A stretch of 64,000 nt of DNA from the IMG/VR virus record IMGVR_UViG_3300037458_001303, positions 1-64,000 of that record; one strand, given 5' to 3'. Source of the DNA: a virus (taxonomy: Duplodnaviria > Caudoviricetes). Both the position numbers and the translations under genes were made by a program. Positions within the stretch are counted from its first letter, which is position 1. Each line of letters opens with the position of its first letter. The notes below the pieces were generated by a model. The model was not told the origin of the DNA and did no database searches. It saw only the letters and a program-made list of their open reading frames with translations. Below are positions 54,514 through 64,000 of this stretch, piece after piece.

Positions 54514-57500
54514 TCATTGCAGGTTCAACTCAACTTGACCTTCGAGCTCGCCCAGCCGACGGAGCTTGTTCTCCAGGTTGGCTTCCACGAGCGACTTGAG
54601 CCCGAAGGCTTCGACTGGGGCCCTGGCGATGGACGGCGGAACGGTGAAACCCTCCGCCTGTTCTTCAGTGAGGTCGAGACCGGCCAGATCTTTCCCGGGC
54701 TCCGGCTGGATGACGAGCTCGCCCTCCGGGGTCCGACGCAGTGCCTCCATGAATTCGACGAAGCTGGCGAGCTTGGCACCGGTTTTCTCAGTCCATCCGC
54801 TTTGGTCCCACAGCTTTTTCTCTCCGAACCAAACGATAGCTTGCAGATCTGCCGGCTCCATGCCAAGATCCTTCGCAGCCTGCCGAAAACCATCCGCAAT
54901 GACGTCGTAAGCCACATCATCCACTCCCGTTTCGTTCCGCGCCAGAATGCGCCATTGCTCTTTCCCACGATTGAGCAAACGGTGCGCGATGCGCGCGGCC
55001 CACACATCAATAGTCGGCCCCCAGTCGGCGCCCGTCAAGTTTCCCGTGAATTGCTTGGTCTTTTTGCCACCCGACCCATCGTCCCAAGCATCACCCAGCA
55101 CCAAAGCAACCGAAGTGCTGTTGGCCCCGAATAGTTTCCCGTTGCTTTTTCGCGGCTTCAGGCCTTCCCGATTGATCAGCCAGGACAGGAACGATCGCTG
55201 CAGATCGCCGCCTTCCTTCTGACTCCCGCTTTTGACGTCGTTGTAGAAGGCTGTCATGATTTCGGGGTCTTTCGCCTCGAACTTTTCCCAGCCTTCGTTG
55301 ATCCGGTTGACGATGTCCTTGTAGTCGCCTTTCTTGAACCGATTGTAAGCGTCCAGCGCCATCAAGAAGTTCTCGCGGACTCCGGTTCGAGGCGAAGTCG
55401 CCGCCAGAAGCTGCGCGAACATGACCATGTCCTCGCCAAAAATGCTCTTCCCGAGCTTGGCCGCCAGCCGATACCACTTTCGGGCCAGGGCAACCCTGGG
55501 GTTCTCCATCATCTTGCGCCCCTCTTCCGCTAGACGCTCCCCGAGGACTTTACTGACCTGCGTCCGGACTTCCATCGCGGCCTCCCGCGCGCCCAGATCT
55601 TTCGGCAGCGAGTTGGCGACTTCGTTGCCTACGACTGAGTCCGTGATCTGATACGGCAGCTTGGCATAAACCAGATTGCCCTTCTCATCCTGCTGCGGGA
55701 CGTTGTTTTCATCCCGAGAGAACTGGACCGGCATTGACTCCGGGAATTGCTTCGCGGCTGCCTCGATCTCTTCCTTAGCCGCGCGTCGCTTTGCTGCGAT
55801 GCTAGCGTTTTTTGGCAGGAACAACCCGCCCATGCCACGCTTCCGAAGGTTATCAAGCGAGTCGGAGAACACTTGGAACTTGTTGTCCTCCTGGCTCAGG
55901 TTGGCCCGCATGAAGTCGAGCACCTTAGGCGTCTTCGGTTTGGTGTCTACGAGCGAGACCTGGGCATTGTCGACCCAGTCCTCGTTGTCCAGGAAAATCC
56001 CCTCCACCTTGCCGCGGACGGCAGGCCACTTGCTATCGGGGATCTCGATGTGCAACCGGCCCTGGTTGGGCTCGTAACGAATCCGGACGAACCCGGCCTT
56101 GAGCGCTTTTTCGCGCTCGGCCACGTCCGGACGGTCAGTAAACTTGGTCCCGAACCGCTTGTTGTAATCAGCCGAGTTCTCGGCCAGATCGTTCTCGTGG
56201 AGACCCGACGTCACCTTCTTGACCGACCCATCCGGTAGAATCCACCCTGCGCGGTCGCCCTTCAGCCCGGCGAAGTCGAGATCTTTCTTGCGCCGTGGAG
56301 CGAACGCCGGTTGGGTCGCCGGCTGCGTCATGCGCTCAACGCCGATTGCGGCCAGATCAAGGGGCGCCTCGGCCGTTCCCTCGGGGGTCGTCCAGGGCAT
56401 CGTCGGCTGCGCCTGTTCTTTCAGGATCCGGTTGACCTCGGCCTCCGGGAGAACCCGGTTGATCTTCATTGATCCGCCGATCATCCAGTCACCGGTCATG
56501 TTGGGGTTGGTCTTGTATCGGTAGTAGCCGTCCTCCGGGATCTTCGCAAGATCCGCGCGAGTCGGACTGAAAACGCCACGAGCATTAACTCCCGCCGCGT
56601 TAGCCTCAGGCTGGTAGTCCACGTCGGCAGCCAGTTCCACTTCGGCCCAGACTTCGTTAGGCCGGCGCGCCCAAACTTTGCCGTCCTTCTTGATGCCGAT
56701 GTGGGTCGCCAGAGGCAGATCCCCGGCGTGCCATCCCGGGCGGAACTTGAGCGGCCCGAGCTTCGAGCGGACTTTTCCACCTTCTGCCGAAGGGCCCGCC
56801 GTCGCGTCAAGCCATAGCCCGCGGGGCAACGGATCCGTCGCACCAACGAAAAGTGGGTATAGCTTACCGTCCCGGACTCGGAAGAGCTTGTAGGCCTTGA
56901 CCGTCTTCTCGGGGGCGTCCTTGGTCCGGACCCGGTATCCGCCTCCAGCGGGATCCGACATGACGTCGCCCTGGGTCGGGAACACGTCAGCGTCGGGAAG
57001 CGCATCGGACCGTTTCCGCGGCAGGAAATTCAAGCCTTCGGGGCCCATGCCCTCCTGCGCGACGTCCTCTGACTGCAGCGACTGCATCTCCTGCGAGTTG
57101 GTCGCGTCGGCCTTCAGCTGATTGGCCCTCTCTGCAATCTCGAAAGCCTCGGTGCGGGTCACATACCGGCCCGTGCTGGTCACAAACCCGTTGTCGACAT
57201 AGGTGTCCGGGAAGTGACGCAGGATATCCTGGGGACCCCAGTTGTTTTCCTTGATCGCGGTCATCAGCGCCGCGAAGTGCATCGGGCCGGTCCAGACCCG
57301 TCCGTCCAGACGAGAGCGGATGGCGGCCATCTTGATCGTCTCGACGTCAGTCCGGTCAGCGGGCAGGAACGCGGTGCGGTCCTCGTCGTAGGGACGCAGC
57401 TTCTCGACCGTAGCGTCGTCGGCACCCTGCTCCTTCGCCCATTCGGTTACCGGCTTCTCCACGGCGGGAGGCGGCGTTGTCTCCGGGGCGGGAACCGGCA

Positions 57501-60500
57501 GCGTTTCAGGTTCTCCCGCGGACCTCCGCATTTGCCTCATAAACCACGAGGCACCGCTCTTCGCCATATTGATCTGACCAACTGCCGGGCGCGGTCCAGG
57601 GAATTCCCGGCCACGGAAATATCGGGACCGATACCGGGGCAACGCGGCGCCTTGGGCCGGAAACGTGGGCATCCGCCCATTCACAAGAGCGTCCGCTGCG
57701 GCTCTCATCTGGGCCGGGTCGGTGAGCACGGTCTCTCCACTGCCACCCGTCGGGACGACGTCACTTGCCACCGAGTCCCAGATTGCCTGCTGGTTGTTCC
57801 GCTGCGCGAAAGCTACTGAATTGGCCCGGTGCTTCTGATTGACGACCGCGTTGACGTCGATCGATACCATCGCTTCGCCACGTGGGCCCTTGGCCTCAAT
57901 CTTGAAGAGCCCCGGTTTTACCCGGTAGTTGCTCAACGCATCCGTGTAGGGCTGAAGCGCGGATCGGACTCTCTCGACCGTCAACTCATTGGCGGGCACG
58001 TTGACCGAGGCAAGCGTTACCACATCCGTCGGTTCTTGCCGGGTGACCCCGGGGTTATCCGGATCGACCTCCCGAAGACGAGCCGGGTCGAACAATGTCC
58101 CGTCCGCGTTGAGCGTTCCACCAAATTCTTCGCCGCTTCGGATCTTGTCGATGAGCTGGACGGCGTTCTTGTGGATCATCAGCAACGAGGGGTCCAGCAA
58201 ACCGATCTGGGTGCTGAATCCAGCCATGCTGCCGGAATCTTCCATCACCTCACGCGCCTCGCGGAAGAACTGGCCCTTCATCATGACCGCCAGCGCTTGG
58301 TCCATGCGCCCGGCCGCCATGTCGGCTTCGAACTGCCGATTCACCTGATCGCGGAGAGCGTTGGCAAGCGGAATGCCCATCTCCGTATCGCCGGCGAGCG
58401 AGATGCCAACCGCGTAAGCCTGCCCAGTCAGCCCGCCAGGGCCCTTGGCCAGCGCCGCAAACTGCTCGGGAGTCATCGTCGCGACGTCACGCAAGCGTTG
58501 GATCGCGTCCGCGCGCGGCAGGAACCCCGCCGTCGCCAGCGGTGTGCTGATTTCCCGGATCGGCGTTTCGCGCACCCCGATTCCTTCCGGCGGCGTGACG
58601 ATGTCTTCGAGGTTAAGCGCCTCGATCGCCTCCGTCAGGTTGTCCTTGGCGTTGTAACCCTGCCGGGACAGCTCAGTCCGGATCGGGTTCATCTCCATGA
58701 TGTCGAAGCGTTGGTTCCCGAGCTCCGGCACAACGAACTGTGGGCGCGGGCCGCCCACCTGAGGCACCACGCTGGGCAGCCCCCGGGCTTTCGCCTCGGC
58801 CTTGGAGAACCGAATGCCTTCCGCCGGCACCGGGGTCAGATTGTTCTCGGTGGCCAGGATCTGCGCCTCGACGTTCCCGGGGATCGTGATGCGTTCCCCG
58901 GTAACCGGGTTGACGCCAGCAGGCTGACGCTTGGTCGTGGTTGGCGGCGCGATCCCCATGAGCAGGTTCAGCATCGTCGCCGTCGTCGCCGGCAGCTGAT
59001 TCGGGCTGAACCCGGGTGTCGGCTGCGGGACATACCGTTGGTAGCCTTCCGGCACTCGAATCGGCTGCCCTTGGCCCGTAAAACCATTGGCGTGGTTCTG
59101 CGAGTAGGCCGCCAGATCGCTGGCCATGGCGTTTAACCCGTCCGTCGTAAACCGGAGCCCTTCGGGTGTCTGGATATACTCCCACGCCGCGGGAATCAGG
59201 TCGGCGATCTGCCGGACACCCGGCTTGTCCGACGCCATCAGGTCGTTCAACAGGATCGTGGCGTTGCCCAGGACCTTGTCCGGGCTCAGACCGAGCACCT
59301 GGATGCGCGGGGCGCCTCCAGGCTGAGTCGAACGGAGCATGCGGAACCGGTAGGGGATCGTGTTCTTCTGGAAGATCGCCCTGGTGGACTCCTTGATGTT
59401 GGGGTCCGCGGAGAGCTGTTCCCTGTAGTAGGCCTCGGCTTGGTCGTTCCGGCGTTGCCACCGTCGCAGGGCATCCTTGCCGGCCGACGGCTTCACTGAC
59501 TGATAGAAGAGCGATACCAGGGGACCGCCGCGGTCCATTCCGAGGGTCCGGATGGCCCCGGCGATGCGCCGGAGGTTCTCAACCTGGGCTTGGTCGATGT
59601 CGGGGTTCTGCTCGACGGCCTGGAGGATCTTCTCCACGTCGTTCAGGTCCCGGACGTCCCGGGCTGCCGTCCGAGCGAATTCACCGGCGCCCATACCACC
59701 CCGGAGGTTCTCCGGCTCTTCCCCGGCAGCTACCGGGGGAGTCTGGACACCGGGCACGGTCATCGCGCGCGGCGTAATGGGCGCCGGCGGCGTTACCGTG
59801 GGGGTGACTTGGGACAATGGAGCCCCCGCGGGCGTAGGAGTTTCACCAGGAGCCGGAATCGGTGCTGGCGCGGTTGGTCCGCCGGTCGGGGGCAAAGGAG
59901 GGGGCTGCGCTGGGCCGCTAGGGGGGCTAGAAGGCGTCGGGGGTAGCGGGGGCGGTGTCGGGGCCGCCGCGGCCGCAGGAAGCGGTGGCGGGGTCGCCGC
60001 TGGCGAAGGCGCCATGGTCCCGGCGGTCTGGAGGACGCGGAAAGAAGGCTCAATCGGGAGCGTCCCGGGCACGGCAGAGGCCATTTCGGCCACCTCGGGA
60101 CGGAATCCGGGGATTACCGCCTGGAAAAAGCGTCCAACAAGCCCCGCGATAGGCTGGACGACCCCCGGAGGGAGCCCGTCAAGCCGGGATCCACGGGATA
60201 CTAGGGAAAAATGTTCCGCAGCAATCTCGCCGAGGGCCTGTTCCCGCGAGATAGACACCGGGGTCGCCCCTTCGGGGAGGTTGGCGTTGAGCATCCGCTC
60301 GTAAAGCGACCGGAAGGCCTCAATCTTATCGGGCCCGTAAGCCTTCTCGATGTCCCGCTGCAGCTGGATTGACTGTTCCGGGGTGGTCAGAGCGTGCATG
60401 AGGTGCCCCAGCTCGTGGTGCATCCCCGTGGTGTCTTCGGACAGGTAAATCTCGTAGCTGCCGTCGGGCGCCGTCCCGGCGAAATAGCCATGGGCGTCCG

Positions 60501-62559
60501 CACCGAAACGGTTTTGGAAGGCGTCCCTGGGCATCAGCCAGATCTTGGTCTCGACGGACCGGCCCGTGTTGGGGTCCTGGACCCGCCGGTAATGCTCTCG
60601 CATCCTGGCGATCAGTGCGGCGGCCTTTTGGCCCACCGGATTCGTTGCCATCCGCCTGACGGCGGCCTCATGCCCGGCGTTGAGGTTCTTGATGTCAGTA
60701 GCACGCTCCCCGGTCTCAGCGTAGGGCGCTGAAGGGACCCCCTGGACGTCCGCCTGTTTCCAGGCTTGGTGCAGCCCGGTAAGTGCCGAGTCGCGTCCAT
60801 ACTGGAATGCCTCCGACCCCAAAGCACCGTAGGCACCCAGAGCGCCCGAAGAGATGATGCCGGCGGCCATTTCCGGGTCGTCGGCCAGAAGCGCCAACGG
60901 AACCGCACCGGCCGTGCCGTGGACAACGCCTCGGCTGCCGGTAGCAATGCGGCGTCGGATCCATTCCAGGCCGCCCTCACCCCTAGCAAACTTGGCTCCG
61001 CTCTTGGCCATCTTTTCGCCCATTGCCTTCACGCCCCGACTACCCAGCGCCAGTGCCGTGCCGATCAGAAGGCTGGCTGGATTGCCAGACATAACGGCAG
61101 CGGTCAGACCGGTCGCCATGGCGATGCCGGCGACTTTCGATCCCATGAACTTGCCCAGCCCGGCGATTTCCTTCCCCGCTTTCTCCAGGGGTGCCGCCAC
61201 GGCAGCACGACCCGCTCTGCCGACCGCCTCCACCGTGCCGCGTCCCGCGGCCGATATGGCACGTCCGATCCTCGACTTGGCCGCTTCCAACGCTGCGGCG
61301 TCCGCTGCCTGGGCGATCGTTCGACCCGTCCGGGTGTTGACCAGCTTGAAACCCTTCGCGCCGGCGCCTACGGGAATCGCATTCGAAATGTCGGTGAAGA
61401 TCGAGACGTTGTCGATCTCTTCCGGATCAAGCTTGACGCCGATCTGCTGCAGCTCTTCCTCGTTCAGTCCACCGAGCGCTTCGGTGACAACGCCCTGGCC
61501 GGAGCGCGCCCGATCATACTCGTAGTAGCGGCCCATCCGGTTAATGAATTCTTCAGCCGGATCCCGCGGGTCAAGCTTCTCGATACCAGCCTGGACGAAC
61601 CGCTCTGCGGGTCCCCGCAGTAGCGAATTCATAAAGCTGGCGACACGCATCCCGCGGCGGAGCGTTTCTCCGACGCCTCGCTGCGTAGCTTCAAGCGCAC
61701 TGCCGCCGGTCGCGGCCGTCGCTGCCGCCTCCGCGACACCACCGACGATCGGGACTGCGTTCATGAGCAGGCCACCCGATTCAACACCGCCGAGCTCGAT
61801 AGAGGCCAGCAACGTCTGAGCTGCGCGAGCTTTCTCCTCGTCCGTGCTGCCGGGGAGCGCTGCGTAAAGGTTCGCACCGAGCTGCCCCGCCCCCTTGAGA
61901 GCGGAACCGAACATTCCGGGCATGCCCGAAACGCCGGCGCGGAGGACCTGACGGATCGCCTCGGAAGTCAGGCCACGGGCGTCCTTCTCTTTCCGAATCC
62001 GGAGCATCCGGTCGAAGGTCGCTTGGTCGTAAGCTCGATTCTCGATCCAGAACTTCGCCATCTCCTTTTCGGGGACGAAGAGCGCATCGTTGATCAGATC
62101 GTCGTCGGTCCGGTCTTCCCACTCGGCCAGCGGGGACCAGTTGGTGTCGTTGGTGACAGGAGCAGCCGCTTCAGGCTGCGCGGGAACGCCCGGTTCGTCG
62201 ACAGGCTCCCAGCCGGAGGTGTCAGTGACGACCATCCCCGGTTCCGGTGTGAAGGCGGGAGGCGATTCGAGGATCGAGGGCGAAGAAAGAGTCTGAGGTG
62301 GGGCACCTACGGGCCCGTTTGATTGCGGAAGCATGGCTTCAGCACCCGCCACCTCAGAAAGGGGAGCCGCCGGTTCCGGTTTTCGAACGCCGAAAACGTT
62401 GGCGACAGAGGGATGGAGTTGGCTTTGAAACGCAGAAAGAGCGGGAGCAAAAACGGAGGCATTGCTAGCGCTCAGTCTCTTGAGCCGCTCCGAAGGGAGA
62501 TCCTGCACATTCAGGGGCATAAGCTTACTATCGTGACCGAGTTGATACCCGTCAACCAA
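54514..62559 (-). CDS. Giant (2681 aa) modular internal virion / DNA-ejection polyvalent protein
   Basis: Gly/Ala-rich membrane-like region, HHELGH zincin-like motif, Pro-rich linker, several small domains separated by FLP[RAK] motifs, and a C-terminal HhH-glycosylase-like domain. Confidence 0.8.
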   Translation of the reverse strand: MVDGYQLGHDSKLMPLNVQDLPSERLKRLSASNASVFAPALSAFQSQLHPSVANVFGVRKPEPAAPLSEVAGAEAMLPQSNGPVGAPPQTLSSPSILESPPAFTPEPGMVVTDTSGWEPVDEPGVPAQPEAAAPVTNDTNWSPLAEWEDRTDDDLINDALFVPEKEMAKFWIENRAYDQATFDRMLRIRKEKDARGLTSEAIRQVLRAGVSGMPGMFGSALKGAGQLGANLYAALPGSTDEEKARAAQTLLASIELGGVESGGLLMNAVPIVGGVAEAAATAATGGSALEATQRGVGETLRRGMRVASFMNSLLRGPAERFVQAGIEKLDPRDPAEEFINRMGRYYEYDRARSGQGVVTEALGGLNEEELQQIGVKLDPEEIDNVSIFTDISNAIPVGAGAKGFKLVNTRTGRTIAQAADAAALEAAKSRIGRAISAAGRGTVEAVGRAGRAAVAAPLEKAGKEIAGLGKFMGSKVAGIAMATGLTAAVMSGNPASLLIGTALALGSRGVKAMGEKMAKSGAKFARGEGGLEWIRRRIATGSRGVVHGTAGAVPLALLADDPEMAAGIISSGALGAYGALGSEAFQYGRDSALTGLHQAWKQADVQGVPSAPYAETGERATDIKNLNAGHEAAVRRMATNPVGQKAAALIARMREHYRRVQDPNTGRSVETKIWLMPRDAFQNRFGADAHGYFAGTAPDGSYEIYLSEDTTGMHHELGHLMHALTTPEQSIQLQRDIEKAYGPDKIEAFRSLYERMLNANLPEGATPVSISREQALGEIAAEHFSLVSRGSRLDGLPPGVVQPIAGLVGRFFQAVIPGFRPEVAEMASAVPGTLPIEPSFRVLQTAGTMAPSPAATPPPLPAAAAAPTPPPLPPTPSSPPSGPAQPPPLPPTGGPTAPAPIPAPGETPTPAGAPLSQVTPTVTPPAPITPRAMTVPGVQTPPVAAGEEPENLRGGMGAGEFARTAARDVRDLNDVEKILQAVEQNPDIDQAQVENLRRIAGAIRTLGMDRGGPLVSLFYQSVKPSAGKDALRRWQRRNDQAEAYYREQLSADPNIKESTRAIFQKNTIPYRFRMLRSTQPGGAPRIQVLGLSPDKVLGNATILLNDLMASDKPGVRQIADLIPAAWEYIQTPEGLRFTTDGLNAMASDLAAYSQNHANGFTGQGQPIRVPEGYQRYVPQPTPGFSPNQLPATTATMLNLLMGIAPPTTTKRQPAGVNPVTGERITIPGNVEAQILATENNLTPVPAEGIRFSKAEAKARGLPSVVPQVGGPRPQFVVPELGNQRFDIMEMNPIRTELSRQGYNAKDNLTEAIEALNLEDIVTPPEGIGVRETPIREISTPLATAGFLPRADAIQRLRDVATMTPEQFAALAKGPGGLTGQAYAVGISLAGDTEMGIPLANALRDQVNRQFEADMAAGRMDQALAVMMKGQFFREAREVMEDSGSMAGFSTQIGLLDPSLLMIHKNAVQLIDKIRSGEEFGGTLNADGTLFDPARLREVDPDNPGVTRQEPTDVVTLASVNVPANELTVERVRSALQPYTDALSNYRVKPGLFKIEAKGPRGEAMVSIDVNAVVNQKHRANSVAFAQRNNQQAIWDSVASDVVPTGGSGETVLTDPAQMRAAADALVNGRMPTFPAQGAALPRYRSRYFRGREFPGPRPAVGQINMAKSGASWFMRQMRRSAGEPETLPVPAPETTPPPAVEKPVTEWAKEQGADDATVEKLRPYDEDRTAFLPADRTDVETIKMAAIRSRLDGRVWTGPMHFAALMTAIKENNWGPQDILRHFPDTYVDNGFVTSTGRYVTRTEAFEIAERANQLKADATNSQEMQSLQSEDVAQEGMGPEGLNFLPRKRSDALPDADVFPTQGDVMSDPAGGGYRVRTKDAPEKTVKAYKLFRVRDGKLYPLFVGATDPLPRGLWLDATAGPSAEGGKVRSKLGPLKFRPGWHAGDLPLATHIGIKKDGKVWARRPNEVWAEVELAADVDYQPEANAAGVNARGVFSPTRADLAKIPEDGYYRYKTNPNMTGDWMIGGSMKINRVLPEAEVNRILKEQAQPTMPWTTPEGTAEAPLDLAAIGVERMTQPATQPAFAPRRKKDLDFAGLKGDRAGWILPDGSVKKVTSGLHENDLAENSADYNKRFGTKFTDRPDVAEREKALKAGFVRIRYEPNQGRLHIEIPDSKWPAVRGKVEGIFLDNEDWVDNAQVSLVDTKPKTPKVLDFMRANLSQEDNKFQVFSDSLDNLRKRGMGGLFLPKNASIAAKRRAAKEEIEAAAKQFPESMPVQFSRDENNVPQQDEKGNLVYAKLPYQITDSVVGNEVANSLPKDLGAREAAMEVRTQVSKVLGERLAEEGRKMMENPRVALARKWYRLAAKLGKSIFGEDMVMFAQLLAATSPRTGVRENFLMALDAYNRFKKGDYKDIVNRINEGWEKFEAKDPEIMTAFYNDVKSGSQKEGGDLQRSFLSWLINREGLKPRKSNGKLFGANSTSVALVLGDAWDDGSGGKKTKQFTGNLTGADWGPTIDVWAARIAHRLLNRGKEQWRILARNETGVDDVAYDVIADGFRQAAKDLGMEPADLQAIVWFGEKKLWDQSGWTEKTGAKLASFVEFMEALRRTPEGELVIQPEPGKDLAGLDLTEEQAEGFTVPPSIARAPVEAFGLKSLVEANLENKLRRLGELEGQVELNLQ

Positions 62560-63916
62560 TCACCCCGGGACGAACATTCTGCAGACTGCCGGAGGGGACG
62601 GTGGGGGCTGGTAGAGCTGCCGGTGGCGTGGCCATGGGTGTCGCCGAAGAGCGTTGCTTACGCTGCTCGCTCTGGACCCACTTCCAGGTCTCGTCGCCCA
62701 CGCGAAGGATCTGCCCGCCGATGTCGATTCCCAGCGCGCCCGTGCGCGTATCCCGCACGAGACGACCGCGGAGCAGCGTGGAATTCGGAACGCTCTGCAC
62801 CCTGGCCGGCTGACGATCATACGTCGAGTAGTCGATGCCGCCGGGCATCGCGGGCGCCGCCGTCGGTGTCATGGTGGATCCAGTGGCCGGCGCTGTAGCC
62901 GAGCCAGGAGCCGGAGTCGCCACGGGCTGACCGGAATCAATGCTGAGTGCGGTATTGGAGCCCTCGGGGAAGTAAAGACCCGCCTGACGGTTCGCGATGG
63001 CTTTCTTCGTCAACTCGCGCCGAAGGTTCAGATACTCGTTCCAGGCTTCCGGTGTGTCCGTCATGCTGCGAACCGATCTCAGCAAGAAAGCGATGTCCTT
63101 GTCGGACAAGGCGCCCTTCATAAACTCGACCTGCCGAAGGGCCTGATTGTTGATAAACATCTCAAGATCGCGTTGATCCTGAAAACGCTTGGTCGCGGCC
63201 TCGCCACCGAAGGCGGAGCTGACGAAATTCCACTTCTGCGCGGCCCAGTTGCCTCGCAAAGGACCGACGGTTTCGGGGGACACCGCCTGCTGCGCGCGGT
63301 CGATGTCCAGCAGTGCCGTTTCAAGCTGAGCTAGGTTTTCCTGGACCTTCCGGGCGTCGGCCGGATCGATCGAGGGCATCTGACGGAGCGCTTCAAAGAG
63401 TCCCTCGTCGTCCTTCAGCCCACCAGTGCGAGGGTCGAACGCTGCGGCCAGATAGCCGCCCTTCGTCAGCGACGAAAGCGCCGCTTCAGCGAATGGAGTG
63501 AGCTTCTCGCGCCCGAACCCGCCCTCGGCTTCGAACTGGAGCGCCCGCTTGTTGGACATCATGTTGCGGATTGCTCCCATGTCGTAGACCTGCCGGCCAT
63601 CCGCGGCGGTATACATTGGGGCTTCCCCACCGACCTCGTTGTTAAAAGATTCGAGGATCTGCAGGTCGAGGATAGTGGCGTCCCGAGGGAGCTTCGCGTC
63701 GAGGTTTCGCTTCAGCCGTTGCATCCGCGCCGTCTCGTCGATCTTGACCCGCATATCAAGCCCCTGCTCGAAGGCCTGCATTCCGCGTTGGTAGGCGGCC
63801 GCGGCTTCGACCGGAGCGCTACGGAGCGATTCCGGCGAGGCGATGACTGGCGAGGAGATATTGGGACCGGAAAGGTCGATCCCACCCAAGGTAAATTGAG
63901 CGTCGTTGAGTGCCAT
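62552..63916 (-). CDS. Internal virion (ejection) protein
   Basis: 454-aa helical protein with a KGALSDKDIAFL motif typical of podoviral ejection proteins; lies upstream of the giant protein. Confidence 0.65.
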   Translation of the reverse strand: MALNDAQFTLGGIDLSGPNISSPVIASPESLRSAPVEAAAAYQRGMQAFEQGLDMRVKIDETARMQRLKRNLDAKLPRDATILDLQILESFNNEVGGEAPMYTAADGRQVYDMGAIRNMMSNKRALQFEAEGGFGREKLTPFAEAALSSLTKGGYLAAAFDPRTGGLKDDEGLFEALRQMPSIDPADARKVQENLAQLETALLDIDRAQQAVSPETVGPLRGNWAAQKWNFVSSAFGGEAATKRFQDQRDLEMFINNQALRQVEFMKGALSDKDIAFLLRSVRSMTDTPEAWNEYLNLRRELTKKAIANRQAGLYFPEGSNTALSIDSGQPVATPAPGSATAPATGSTMTPTAAPAMPGGIDYSTYDRQPARVQSVPNSTLLRGRLVRDTRTGALGIDIGGQILRVGDETWKWVQSEQRKQRSSATPMATPPAALPAPTVPSGSLQNVRPGVIG

Positions 63917-64000
63917 ATCACTTGACTAGGGAAGAGGCGCCTTTTGTCACACCGCTGGCCCCGCCACCGAAGAGGCTGCCAAAACCACCTCCGCCGGCGG

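Overview
This is a 64-kb GC-rich segment of a tailed dsDNA phage genome, with no host chromosomal genes seen. It looks podovirus-like: portal, scaffold, major capsid, fibres and giant internal or ejection proteins, with no tape measure recognised in the window. The host is probably Verrucomicrobiota, inferred from a C-terminal RFFRAR-type motif in a secreted accessory protein. Late/virion genes lie on the minus strand (1-21.2 kb and 52.8-64 kb). Early, accessory and replication genes lie on the plus strand (21.4-52.7 kb): SF2 helicase, Cas4-like exonuclease, family A DNA polymerase, primase-helicase, sigma factor, RuvC-like resolvase, RNA ligase, dNMP kinase and HD hydrolase. The most notable locus is 29.1-31.2 kb. 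It has a 493-aa TnpB/Cas12-like protein whose RuvC-II catalytic Glu appears replaced by Gly, then a ~270-nt structured omega-RNA-like region running into a truncated first repeat, then a CRISPR-like array of 32-nt hairpin repeats. No cas1, cas2 or tnpA is present in the window. The inference is a phage-encoded, multi-guide, nuclease-dead RNA-guided DNA binder. Other highlights are seven glycosyltransferase-like genes plus UDP-galactopyranose mutase (four inside virion operons), a ~420-nt structured RNA at 34.5-34.9 kb, a 75-bp inverted-repeat origin candidate, five TTGACA-N17-GATWNW late promoters (three apparently leaderless), and a 2681-aa modular ejection protein ending in a DNA-glycosylase-like domain. 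All product calls come from motif recognition by eye; no database searches were run.
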